From contig JALDTO010000214.1 in assembly GCA_023515725.1 (NCBI GenBank), forward strand, positions 1-64,000: a stretch of DNA of 64,000 nt. Reading direction: 5' to 3'. Each line of letters begins with the position of its first letter. The stretch's first letter is position 1. The notes under the pieces are model-generated. The model was not told the DNA's origin, made no database searches, and saw nothing but the letters and a program-made list of their open reading frames with translations. The translations under genes were made by a program, and so were the position numbers. Origin of the DNA: Amoeboaphelidium protococcarum X5 (lineage: Eukaryota; Fungi; Aphelidiomycota). This document shows positions 13,911 to 26,845 of the stretch, one piece after another.

Positions 13911-14074
13911 GAGTCTGAGTTTGAGATGAAGATCTATGAAAGACTTTAATAATTTGAATAAAAAATCAGATTATCTTAAACGATCTTTTATTAATTTATA
14001 TTATCATTATATAATTATTATTAGTGTCCAGCTTAAATCTATATCACTGAGATAAAGCTAAAACAATGGAGTTC

Positions 14075-15034
14075 TCAAGTATTATCTTAACGGCCACCCA
14101 AAAACAAAGCTGAAAGTGCGCACCTACAAAATTTGAATTCAATTGCAAGGTTTACTACAGTAGCTGGCAAGAGTATCAGAACAAGAAACGGCACAAACCA
14201 TCCTGCTTACAATATCACTGCCACAACCAAAAATACCATGCAGTAGACAAAGACGAGAATTCTAAATATTTTCAGGCGAACTCGTACAGTATCAGTTATA
14301 TTCGCGCCTAAATACCATCGATAAATCATCGCGCCCAACCAGAGGCCAAGAATTACGATAGTTGCAATTAAGAAATGCCGGTAAGTTGCACTAGGATGCT
14401 CAAAGGGGTGCCAGAAAAGATAGCTTTTGCGGTTTTAGATTGCAAGATACTCTTATCTCGCTTCCTCGAAATCATAATCTTCCGAATTAGGGTCGGTGCT
14501 CATGAGGCTACGGGTCTAAGCAATACAATCACTCACAAAGTCATTGGTTCTAGACATGAACTTAATGAGACGATTGGTAGTTTCACGTGGATCATCTTGA
14601 TTACTGTCCAGAATATCCAGTACTTGATCTGCTTCATAGCTATTACCAGTGGCTTAGGTGACAAACTGAACCAGCTTTCTTGACGCGTCTGCATAGTCAA
14701 CCCTTTGAGAGAAGCGCGCGATCAGTTGACTGGAGTGTTCAACCATTCGAGGTGCCATGTTTTTAGCATGCTCTATAATTGGATCTAGGGAGAATGATAT
14801 ACCATCCATGGTATTTCTCGCAATTTACTTGATAGCTTTTAGCACCATTTAATCGCCGCCTGTCATCTCATGCATCATACGATTGAAGACATCCTTGTCA
14901 TTAACGAATTCTCCACTACGCAGAACGGCATTGATATCAGATTTCATAAAAGCTCCGACGCGCACTGATTAAATCGCCGGGAAGAAGCAGTTGGCCCACA
15001 ACACTAACCACGAGAATAGAAGAGCATAAAACAT
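14075..15034 (-). CDS. Orphan membrane protein, paralog A (319 aa; N-terminal hydrophobic segment, helical middle, about 3 C-terminal TM helices)
   Basis: Open code-6 frame from ATG to TGA. About 78% identical (hand count) over the first ~180 aa to 17007-17930. Confidence 0.85.
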
Positions 15035-15321
15035 CTTATAATTGCAAAGTCAGTCCCTCAATTGAAAATCCAACAAAAGATAATTTGAATGTGGCGTATG
15101 ATGATAAGGTTGATAGATGAATTTTACTTATCGCCCTTGTAAATACTACCCTGCTCTGAAATGCATTCTTGAATGTAGAAAGGCAGATAAAATTCTTCCG
15201 CTATATAGATTTATTACACCACAATATGGGAACTTAGTCTATCTCTCGAAACTCAGACCTGGATCAAAAATACAGTATATGCAAACTTCTTCTTTCAAAT
15301 CACTAGATTAATTTCCTCTGG

Positions 15322-16308
15322 TCAAAAGAATATTCTACGCCATATAGATTAATCTTAAGCAGCAGCTGAAGCTTAAATTGGCGTCGGTTCGTATGAATAC
15401 GTTTGAGTTAATGGCGACGCGTTAAACTAAGTCGCTCCAGTCAGAAAGGATACGATAGAGTTCACCGCGTTCCAAACTGAAATTACGCCAGTCTCGGCCA
15501 CAATGAGACCATCTAGGGCGATTCTATGAGCTAAACCAATAGCCAAGTCCATCCATCCCAGCATTCTAACAATCTGCCACAGGACCAGCGAAACTAGTGT
15601 CAATTCCCACAGTATAAATATCACTCGCCAGAAAAGATTCATGCTCTACATTAGCCTGAAATGCGCGTTCATTAATGCTCCCAAGCCGAATAAGTCACTC
15701 AAAGAGAATGACATACTGACATTGGACATTGACAGCAGATTGATAGAGGTGGAGCTGGCTGTAACAACACTTTTCTACGACGCTGCATAGATTGGATGTT
15801 TTACAACAGGTAGCAGAGATGATGGGGTACGTTTCAATTCACGCAACAACACCTTATCTGTTACAATACTGGTTGATGATGTCCTTGGAGACTGACCCAG
15901 ATCGCGATATTCTTCTTAAAGCACGGTACCAAATTTCGGATGTCTCTTCTTGATCACGCGCTTTTAATAATAATGATTTCGCCCAGTATCGTCTACAATA
16001 GCAACAACTTCGCGTTGCTCAGTCGCTTTATCACTTGATATTGATAAAGTTGAGACAGCTTGGTTACTATACGATTGGAATGCATTTCGCACATTAGATG
16101 CTTACAGCATTGATTGCCAAATCGAACTTTTCTGTATTTGCATATGTTATGGCGATTCTGCATGTTATTATGCCACATTCAACTAATCTTTTGGTGGTAA
16201 TTCAGGTGGTGTTTCATTCTAATCGCAGTTAGATGCAGGGTGTTACTCTTTTGATGTGTCTTCTGCTTTAACACTCACCTTCTTTCCAATACCAAAAAGT
16301 CTTATCAT
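15322..16308 (-). CDS. Orphan protein (328 aa), polar N-terminal part, C-terminal hydrophobic helices
   Basis: Open frame MIRLFGIGKK...FWRVIFILWELTLVSLVLWQIV...WRRIFF-TGA; includes track ORF 15427..15642. Confidence 0.75.
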
Positions 16309-17006
16309 TTCAAATTGATAACAAGCCAAGTCGAATATTTATTAAAAAGATATATTTGAGCTTCAAATTCTGATTGAATTAAATATCAAAAAATTAACTT
16401 TAGGCTATTTATATAGATCCAAAATCAATCTTAACACTTTCTCAACACGATTGGGCTGGCCGCACTCAAACTGCTTTGTGTGCATTGCATTTCTAATATC
16501 TAAAACAATCTTCATAGATTTAGTTGGCTTAAATTAGTATAAAAGTTTGCGCACACCGAATAACGTATAGCTTTGACATGGGAAGATGGTTGAATAATAC
16601 GCAATAGGGGGAACTTCATTAAAAGTGAAAGTCTATCCAACTATTAAATAGCGTTCACGTAATGTTTTGGTTCAACTTTTTTACCATCTGATGGACTGAT
16701 GGAGCACATATCCTTTTAGGATCGACTCAAGGTAACCACTCGAACACAAAGACAGCTATAATTTTGTCGATGGATATAATGAATACATTATGTGACGAAT
16801 TTAATAGCGATAGTTATTATTGCACTGTAAGTGAATGATTTGGCTCCCTGCATTACAGGGATAAGATGACCCCTTAATAAGACTATGGGGTAACTGTTAT
16901 TCAATCAGATCATCCTGCGCCACAGTCTCACTCATCTTTTGTGAAAGTATACAATACTATCCATTTAATATAGAAAATACATAAATATCCAAAGCACGCT
17001 TCTTTG

Positions 17007-17930
17007 ATGTTTTACGCGCTTCTGTTTTCATACTTGGTGCTATGGGCCAATTGCTTATTCCCTGCGATCCAGTCTATGCGCATCGGGGCGTTTATGAAAT
17101 CTGATATCACTGCCGTCTTGCGTAATGGTAATTTTGTCAATGACAAGCATGTTTTCGATCTTCTGATGCATGAGATGACTGGCGGTGATGCAACGGTGAA
17201 AGAAGCTATCAAGCAAATTGCCAAAAATACCATGGATGGTCTATCCTTCTCGCTGGATCCCATCATTGAGCATGCTAAATAGATGGCACCACGAATGGCT
17301 GAAAATTCGCGTGATATGATCTCGCGCTTCACTCAGGGTGCGAACTATGCGGACGCGGCAAGGAAACTGGTGTCCTTTGTCACTAAGGCCACTGGTAGTA
17401 CTTATGAAGCAGATTAAGTACTCGACATTCTAGATAGTACTCAGGATGATCCGCGTGAGACTACTCATCGCCTCATTAGTTTCATGTCCAAAACTAACGA
17501 CTTTGTATCTGATTGCATTGCTTAGACTCGTAATCTGCTTATCGATAGTTCAATTGATTATAAACGGCAAAGAGAGATAGAGAAATAAGAAATAGCGCAC
17601 AAGGTTTATCTCTTTAATCATCCATTTGAGCACCCCAGTGCTTTATATAGACATTTTGCTCTTGCTACTTTGGTGATTGTCGGTTTATGGTTAGCATCTC
17701 TGATACTTCAATGCGTGATCCCGGTTAAGTCCGTTAAAACGACTTTGAATGTCTTTAGATTATTGGCTGCTATATACTGCTTCGTTTATCTTTGTGTTAT
17801 GGCATCTTTTACTGGCTCTGGTGGTGTTGCTCTTTTACCAATTATTGGTTCTTTTTTAGTATTCTTTCCATATTGTCTATTTGAGTTAAGTGCACTGGAT
17901 TCTGTAAGAAACTCCGATAGAGGCGGTTGA
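17007..17930 (+). CDS. Orphan membrane protein, paralog B (307 aa)
   Basis: Joins track ORFs 17004 and 17670 in one frame. Shares MHEMTGGD, SFSLDPIIEHAK, QDDPRETT and HPFEHPSA with 14075-15034. Confidence 0.85.
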
Positions 17931-18071
17931 TTTTCCAAAGAATGGGCTGCTTCTCCTTGCAAAAGTTAAACTTCTGAAGTTTAGTGCTTGCGATTCAATA
18001 AATAAGCTAGAAATTTTTTGTAAAATGAAAGTCTCTTTTAATAAAAGGCGTCTTGCTGTTAAACTCAATGA

Positions 18072-21000
18072 TCAATTTTCTTTATGCTTTTTACCTTCTC
18101 GTCGATCCTCCCCCACTTCATTTCCAATTATGCCATATACTCTCTTGATCATCTTGTTGTACTCTAGGTCCTTCTCCTTGATCTACTCCAACCGGGTCTT
18201 GGCCAGGAATGCAGCATCTTTTCTCAATTCCCTCATTGCGCCCTTCATCTCCTTCGCATGCAGCGTTTTCAACTTTTACGCCTCTGCTCTTTCCGCATTA
18301 GGATCATATTTACGATCTGGATTGAACGCTTCATTAAATTTAGGATTCAGACTCTTCTATACAGCATGCCGCTTCTATTTGTGAAGCTGCAGAGGCAACC
18401 TAATGCATTGAGGAACTCCAATGAGATGACAGTTACGCAATCTCACCTTCATCAAATCCGTCTCTATCGCAGTCAACTCATTCACCGTCGTGGTCAATTA
18501 TCGACATTCAATGCCAGCGTCTTTGAACTTATTCTACAACTTCGACAAAACTTGTTGAACTGGTCCATATACTTCCTAAAAGGGAAATCCACTAACTTCT
18601 GGAACATGTACAAAGATGTCAGATAAAGTTTATCCATCGGCAAGATCTCCCTACAATCTGGTCTCTTTCGACGCGTAAAGACGGGTATATGAGGACAGCA
18701 ATTGCAAAGGTATGATAAACAAAAGAGACTTGCACTCTGATGCTCCCAGTGCACACTTTTAAAACAGCAATTGCGGTAAAGACGTATCAAAGTTCTCGAT
18801 ATACTCTGTCGCAAAGTCAAGGGACAGGTACTATTATTATTTGACCTAAGGGTTACTAAATGAAGGACCATACTTACTCAAATCGAAACCACCTAAATAC
18901 TTCGAGAAAACCACAGTTATCATGGTATATAAGAAGTTTTATACTTCCGGAATAAATCTCTTAGTCTCAATCACACAACCATACAGAGACTGACAAATGA
19001 TTAAACCGTGCACACATTCACGCAATACCAGAGACATGACGCCACTATCAACCTAAGGTGGCAGATTCTTTACTCTGTGACACAAGTTATTTAGCCATTA
19101 TGCGTAGATCATATACAGTGGTGTCCCGACAGCGTTATAAAAGTCGGTCATTGAATACAACTTGGTCAATAACGCAGCGGACATTAGGTGCTCCTTTGAG
19201 ACAATAAACTTGTACTTTGATGCAGGTAGATTGCTAGGTAGTACTACTGATACTTTGCTTAATGATTTCTACATCCTTCCCAGTTTGGCAAATGCAATCT
19301 TTTGCATCGTGTCTGGATACTTCAGAGCGAGATCATGAATATTGTTGGCCAACATGTCCAGCTCTTCCAGAACATTACAGTTTTCGTCATCTTCAATAGT
19401 CTTGCATTTAAGATCATACAACTAAACAAGCATCTTCAACAGTGATTCAAGCTTGCCACCATGATTAGGATTCACAGAGGGATGATACAATACTTTCAAT
19501 CTTTTCAGAGCAATCTCTTGATTGGCAACGTCATACTATGCCAATAGAGACTGCAACTCTGCAAAGCTTTCTGGGCACTCTAATACATACGGCACGTGGG
19601 ACTTGTTGAGTTCTTACTGTTGATCCTTCTCCTCTTCTTCATGTACGCTTTCACTATGACGTATAATCTCTTCATTTACATCCGATTCTTCGTCATCAAC
19701 AGACCCAACTTCATTAAAGTTATCAGATTCATTTACATTACCATATGACTCTGATGCATCACCTTTTTCACCTAGATCTTCATCCGCCGAGGCATCTTCT
19801 ACAATATCAAAGTCGCTATCATCTTCATCTTCATCTTCTTCAGTATCGAGATCTTGCTCTTTCTATATTCTCAATTTGGCGTGGGAGGATAAAGATAGCT
19901 CATGAGCATTCATCAACTTGCCATCTTTATAAGTCAGAGCATTCCCACTCTCCATATTCTCATCCTCATCTTCGGAATCATCAACGTCACTCAGCTGATA
20001 ATTAATCTCCAAATCATCACCTCCTTTCACCACAGAGGAGTCTAACTTCTTACCACTAAGACCTTTAGATTTAGAGGAAGATTAGAACATTCTAGCGCGA
20101 CGCTCTTCCTCCAACTAGCGTAATCTGTCAGCCTCTTCTTTAATCAGCTCTTCCTCAGTCTTAAGTCTATCCGTTGGTCTTGCTCGCTTCTCAAAAGTCA
20201 ACTCCTTAACGAACATATCATAATCCTCAATTTCATTTTCAATCTTTTTAGAGGAATCAGCCAATAGAGACTGCTCCTGCTCTGCCAATTTCTTCTGCGA
20301 TGCTTCATGTAAAACATCGCGAATATCGTCAACTTCTTCATTCAATTCAAACACCATATCCTCATTCTCTTCCTACTCTTTCTATCGCAGCATCTTGTGA
20401 TATTTTGATTTAGCCATCACTTCATGCATAACATCTTTGAATGTTTTAGGCTTATAGTTAGGATCATCTTGCTATTATTGTTGATCAGACGGCGTGAATC
20501 CACCAAAATGATAATCGCGAACAATAGACGCGTCAATATTATCCCCACCACCACCACCATAACCTTCACCATCATGCGTGTCATTTAATCTTGGATCATG
20601 AGAAGCCAGACGTGCATCATCATACTCGCTCAACCGCTTGCCAGAGTGAGTCAACTGAAAATCATTCAAATCTTCACCTAGTAGGCCGCCGGCACCGGAA
20701 CCAAAACCATCCTCATCATAGTCACTATCACCATCGCCGTCACTACCGTCAGCGAGATTGTATAGCTCAGACTTCCGTCTTTTCTCTTTGGCAAAACGCG
20801 CCAGCATCTTCTCCTCCACTGTCATTTTCGAGTCATTTTCACCAAATCTACGATCAGTGAATGATGACACCTTATCCTTCTAATTGTACTCTTACAACAG
20901 AGTCTTGGATCTATTCTCATAGCCCTTCTTGCGCGATATCGTGGGCTTACCAACACTTCCTTTCACCACTCTATTAAGTACCTGGTGCTTCTACCTATTG

Positions 21001-21236
21001 ACTTTCAACTCAAATGGACTGATTCTATTATGAAGTTTTGCCAATTTTTCGCGCTTAGTCAGTATAGTATCACGTCCACCATCACCTGATTTACCACCTT
21101 TATTACTTCCACCACCAGACTTTTTCTATGGGCCGATTAATCCCAAATCTTTGAGATTACTCTTCAATCGCTTCAATACAGAACCACCACCCTTCTTACT
21201 GCCTTTCTGTTTATTATTACCGAGACTGCCAACCAT
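18072..21236 (-). CDS. NOP14: Nucleolar protein Nop14 (SSU processome), 1054 aa
   Basis: FTDRRFGEND..EEKMLARFAKEK, LTHSGK, ELTFEKRARPTDRLKTEEE and C-terminal KGAMRELRKDAAFLA. Confidence 0.93.
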
Positions 21237-21385
21237 ATTTATGATAATCGCGTTCACAGTTTAAGAGATCAAATGAGAGAAAAACGAAAAAAGCTAATTT
21301 ACTTCAAAGCTAAATTCACAAAGTACAACTAACAGCATTATTTATTAAACGTCTAAATCACTATTTTTATACAAATATAGACTGT

Positions 21386-23119
21386 TCATATTAGCAACTT
21401 GGAGGAGCCGCCAGACTGTTGGCGTTTCGTACTGTCAGTGTTAGGAGACTATTCTTCATCACCTTCTCCTCCTACTACTCCCTTCATTGGAGGCAATCTC
21501 TCATTCTGCAAATCACTCTTCTTGGCCTCCTCAAAATTGGTGATGGCACGCTTAATTCCCTCAGCACCTAGTGCCAGATAACCAGTTGGCAGCTACTTGG
21601 TTCCCATCAAACTCTTCAACTCCATGATACTCTCGGACTGGTCACGCAGAACATTAAACACTCTGGCCATCTTGCCAATCGCCTTGATCTTATTCCTAAT
21701 AACATTACGTCTTGCCTCAACCTCCTCTGGAATGATATCAGTCTTTTTATCTGCTGCACTCTGCTCCAACTCTTCCAACTCCTCCTTACTACAAATACTC
21801 AGTACTGAGACCAGCATATCGGTAATCTTTTCACATACAAAAGGCATACTCCACGTGAACACATCCATAAAATTAGGCAAAAAGTACGGATGAGGTGTGC
21901 AATTAAACTGCCTGATATTCATCACATTATTCTCGTACTTCAAGATGGCCGCCTTATTGTTGTACACATCCAGATAGTTGGGAGCACTGAAGATGGTGAT
22001 AAGCGATGGAAATCCAGTAGTCTTGGTCTTTCTATACATCTTGTAGCCAGCATCCTAAGCCTCATGGGCACGGATAATAGATAGCAATTCGTTCTTCTCT
22101 ATGAATGCACATGCAGCATGATAACTAAAGAAATACGAACAGCCTCGTACATGATTATGAACAAAAAACTCATTAGTCTTCTCATTGCCAAAATCTTCAA
22201 TTGGATCAGCCCACAGCAGGTCACACATCAGGCCATGAGTAGGCGGCTCTCTGAATCTATTGATACTCTTCAAGTCATCAATGGTGGTGAATTCCGGGGA
22301 CAGACCACCATGAATACAGAGAAATTGTTTGTTCATTATAGCAGCCAACGGTAAGGCATTAAAAGACTCCAGGCAGCTCTCATAAATCTTTTCAACATAC
22401 TTGTGTTTAACCTCGAGCTTGAAAGTAAAGTAATCAGTCAAATGTCTGCACTCGTGATTTCCTCTTAGTAGATATATAGACTGAGGATACCACATCTTTA
22501 AAGCCCATAGATAAAGCATGCATTCAATAGAATAGTACCCTCTATCGACATAATCTCCCAGAAATAGATATCTGGTTTCGCCAGGCTGACCACCAACATC
22601 GAATAGCTTCATCAAGTCAAAATACTAACCATGAATATCACCACACACTGTAATAGGCGCATCGACATCAAGAACATTAGACCCATGCTTCAAGATCTCG
22701 GTGGTTTTCTGAATGATCAATAGTGCCTGCTACGTGGTCAATCTACCTTCATGAATAAAGTGTTGACGTAGGAATTCCAGATTAGGATAACCAGGACGTT
22801 GCTTTGAGTAAAACTGCTCATCAGTAGGCAGATAAGCAACAGGAGCCGGAACTTCCTTCAAAATTCTCTCCACCGTACTGTACTTGGTTCCATCCTCGGT
22901 AATGTGCACTTTAAACTCTGCCGGAGACTTGGGCTTATTCACAGACTAATGCTGCAAAGCTTTGACAATGTTAGTAGGAATACTGCCAATATTTGGTGAG
23001 GCACTGGGCGGCTAAATGGACGGACTATTAGGGGAACGAGCATTATCATTCTTCTGTGCAACCTGGACACTGACAATGGGCACATCCTTGGCCTCCTTAC
23101 TCTGACGACTTGCCGACAT
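21386..23119 (-). CDS. CNA1: Calcineurin A catalytic subunit (PP2B), 577 aa
   Basis: GDIHGQYFDL (Q=TAG), GDYVDRG, RGNHE, RAHEAQDAGY (Q=TAG), SAPNYLD, CaM-binding [19 protein letters not shown] and autoinhibitory [16 protein letters not shown]. Confidence 0.97.
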
Positions 23120-23336
23120 TATACTAGTTGTACTGACAAGATAATAATAATAATGATGATGATGATATTGCAGATATTAGTGTCAAGACCAATGATGAGA
23201 CTATAATTAGGACTTATTACAAAAAAGCCGTAACGGGTCATGACCGTGTGACGCGGGCGATGTGTGACACGAGTACTAATAACACGCTCGGAAAAATTTG
23301 TCAACTTTTCTTTCGCTTCCTGACCATCAACACAAT

Positions 23337-25358
23337 ATGCTATCATCACCCACTCAATAGAGACATCGAGAAAACGATCTGTATCTGCAGTAAAGGGCTC
23401 AGGAGACTTATGAGCTGGCAGCGGAGAATAGGCCGGAGAATACTAATTTGGCATACAACCCAAAGCAGATTGAATTTCAAGATTGGTGTACTGAGCGTTA
23501 ATTCAGAGACAGAGATACAGTGTCCGGGGAGAAATTGCATGCATTTGTGAGCGATATGGTGGTTGGCAGACCGAGTAGAACTGATCCCACTGTCACTGTT
23601 GGTGCTCCTACAGTCAATTCATATGTGGCAGCTATCACAGATTTGTATAAGTAGTAGAAGCTTCGCAACATGAACAACTACCCTCCGCCTCGAGAATTTC
23701 CGGCAGTGAAGCAGTTACTTCATCAAGTGAGAGGAGCGCAAGATTAGGTAAATAGGCGCAATTATGCTGATAGAATAGCAGGTACCATAGCTGATGGCTA
23801 TTCGAGTGTCGAAGAGCTGCAGAGAATTGCAGATTGGTTCATGAACTCAGGAGGTCGGAACGGGCTGCGTGACAGATTTATGTTCCTCATGGCGCACTAT
23901 TGCTTATTACGTGGCGAGTCTTTAAGATCTTTGGAGTTGGCTGATTTATATGCCATCAAATTGGAAAATGAAGGATTCACTGAGTGTTGGGCATTACTGG
24001 TACTCATGTGTTAAGGCAAAACCAATCAGTTCAATCGTAAAGAGTTTGGCTCATGCCTCAGAAATAAGCGCGTTGAAATATGCCCTTTCGGAGCATTGGC
24101 TCTTTATTTATTTCAGCGTTGGCATGACTTTAATGAGCCGTTTCCTGATTTGACTAGTCCTCAAGATTGGTTTTAGATCAAAGTTTGTCGAGCTCGTGGA
24201 CTTACTGAAGAGATGACTTACCAGACTCATTATAATGCTGTCAACAAGTGCTTGAGGGCCTGTAACATTCAAAGCAGTGCCAAGACTCATATCGGACGTG
24301 GTGCAGGTGCACGTATGGCAGAGTTGCAGGGTGCGTCTGAAGGTGATATTCGGCGCTTGGGGAGATGGAACAGCCAGGCGATGGAAGGCTGCTATTTGAC
24401 TGCACTGCCCAGAGGAGCGATGAGATCTTTGGCTGGTTTCCCTACTGATTCCGGATCATTCTATTTAGATCGAGGATAAATTGATCCGCCTGAACATTTA
24501 CAGAGATTGATATTTCCAGAAATTGATACGTATGTTATTGCAGAACTAGCGCATACGACAACCGCCGGGTTTATTAAGCTGCTTAAGTACATGAGGATTG
24601 TTGTTTTGTAGGACGCGGCTATTATGTAAGATTAGTATCCAGATTAGACTCTCTTTAATCATGCTCTATTTAGAAGTCAGGATTTTTTGCATTATAAAGA
24701 GTAACTGCTTGCTGCTCGGATTAATAATCTACCGCCTACCGAATTGAGATTGTAATAGGCTATGCCAGAGTTGGTAAATAAGATCGATTCTGTTGGTCAT
24801 TCTCTTCACGGCAAGATCGATGTTTTGAATCATAAAGTTGAACAATATGCTCATTCAAATACTCAAGTGCGCAATACTCTGAATGATTTACTCAATGGAC
24901 GCACTGCAGTCCGGTTATATGCTGAGCCATAAGCTGCTAATCATGTGCTGCATTAGCCGCCTATTTAAATTGATTTGAATGCGCCTAACGTCTTACAGAA
25001 TCAAGTTGGTGATAACATTGATATTATACCTGCTCGAGCTCTTCCACCGCAGTAGTATACCATGTCTCGTGGGCTGTCAACTGTTCAGGATGTGTGGAGG
25101 GAGTATAAAGAAGGCATTGGTGGTAATCCATCAGTTGAATCATTGGAGTAATAATTTGGGGCCAAGTGGAGAAGCAAAGACAGTGAAAGGAAGCATTTTT
25201 CTAGGCGTTTAGTTATATACAAATTTATTCAGAGTAAGATTGATAGTGGACTTTCGGAAAATGACGTTCTCACTGCTTTGGAGCGAAAGCGCCTTGGTGA
25301 TAAGCTGTCACTGGACAATCTATAGAAGAAAATTAAGTCCAGGGAAATTGATATATGA
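23337..25358 (+). CDS. Crypton tyrosine recombinase (Ndc10-II-like YR domain + C-terminal GCR1_C DNA-binding domain), 673 aa
   Basis: RPENTNLAYNPKQIEFQDWC. Catalytic set LLRGES (R), QGKTNQ (K), THIGR (HxxR), LGRWN (W), MEGCYL (Y). GCR1_C-like MSRGLSTVQDVWREYKEGIGGNPSVESLEQQFGAKWR..RKHFSRR. Confidence 0.9.
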
Positions 25359-25588
25359 CTTGCTTGCGTCGACTTTTATATATATATATTTATCATGTAA
25401 CCTTGAATTTAGACTTCTTTGTAATACATTTTTATAAAATTCAAAAATTCTTTACATATCTGCATACTGAGCAATATCAATGTCATGTTTGGTATAGTCC
25501 AAGAAAATTCGGCTTTGAAATACAACATGCACTGTTTCAGCCAATTCTCAGTCACAGCAATGAAGAATAAACGGTACCGGAAAATTTT

Positions 25589-25617
25589 AGAATAACTAAA
25601 ATAACTCTAGTTATTCT
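25589..25617. repeat. Perfect 10-bp inverted repeat AGAATAACTA-N9-TAGTTATTCT near the Crypton right end
   Basis: Arms at 25589-25598 and 25608-25617, read directly. Confidence 0.8.
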
Positions 25618-26020
25618 GTGACAATTCTTGTGACAAGTTTAATGGTTTGTTTGTGACCTCGCGCGAAATCTTGTGACCCAAATTGGGATAATTATTATTA
25701 TTACAGTGAAACGAGAGAACAATCAAAACTGACCGACAGACTTCTTCTTTCGAGTTAAGATCGGGAAATCCAGAGAAGAGAGAATGAATTAGAATGGGCT
25801 GTAGAAGAACAATCAGACGGTCAGTCAAACAGACAGGCGTTTCGGAGATGTGAGAGATAAAAAGGCGATGAGAAACAAACAAAGCTGAGATTTTAAAGTT
25901 TTGACGGCGGCCGTTTGAAACTGTCTTTTGATCTTACCGAGCGAATCTCTATATGGTCCCGGGCTTATTGGATATATGTATTGAACGGAGAATAGAGTAA
26001 GTATGAGGAGTATGATACAT

Positions 26021-26711
26021 TCACTTTTAGATTCTTTCATTTTGCAATTGAGATACCCGGTTGATTTCATCTTCTTGAATTGAGAGTGTCTCAAGCTACC
26101 TAGAGACTGAAATTGTAGATGCGCCACTCTTCTCAGCCAACTTCTTTTAATCAGATGGTCTATTTTAAGATACTTGTGCGCGCCAGTTATCAATATATGG
26201 TGATGTCGCAGATCCCGGCTCGTCACTTCCACTGTATGATAATTAACTGTCAGCTGTACTATTCTTTCTATCATGATGAATTTAAGTCACTTAACCAGAT
26301 TGCGTCTTGTTGTTGTTATTAACTCTCCCAGAGGACAGGTCGGGCAGTTTCAACTAAAATGGCTCTTTTTGTTCTTTCATTTGCGATTATTTCACCGAGA
26401 CTGAACTCTAGCTGTCAGAGTCTGAGCCTTATTTGTTAATTAGGCCATTCATCAGATTAGTATTTATTAGATCCAGTTCAATTGATGAGGAGCTATCCAT
26501 ACTCTGCAACACATCCTCTTGCGGATCAGCTTCATCATCTCCATAATACTGGTTTGATGACGCGCTATCCATTCTCTAGTGTTGCTATGATTGTAATCTA
26601 ACATTGGTGAATCGCTCGTTATTACTACCTTACTTAGATTTTAAATTTATATATAAATCATTCAAGAAATTATGATTAATACCTCTAACAGTTATTGCCT
26701 TAACTCTCCAT
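26021..26711 (-). CDS. Hypothetical hydrophilic S/Q/D-rich protein, about 210 aa, probable short intron near the 5' end
   Basis: Long code-6 frame (..YYGDDEADPQEDVLQ..FQLKLPDLSSG..) ending TAA AAG TGA. AT-rich GT-AG intron candidate at about 26625-26682. Confidence 0.55.
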
Positions 26712-26845
26712 TCCGTATCGTTTCACTTGACTATTTTTTCGTATTTTCTTAAAGTGACGAATCTGATTTATCGTGAGAGAAACTAAAAACTAGGCTGATA
26801 TTTTTATCACTACTTTGAAAGTGAATTGATTGCAATTGTACGTTG

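Larger units (their letters stand above)
23214..25705 (+). mobile_element. CryptonF-type tyrosine-recombinase DNA transposon, about 2.5 kb (boundaries inferred)
   Basis: Contains a YR + GCR1_C ORF. Flanked by direct repeats TTATTACA (23214-23221 and 25698-25705). TGTGAC hexamers cluster inside both ends. Confidence 0.75.

Noticed and set aside
23337-25358. Domesticated Ndc10/Gcr1-type cellular gene
   Set aside because: Catalytic residues are intact and the ends carry repeats, which favours a mobile element; not fully excluded.
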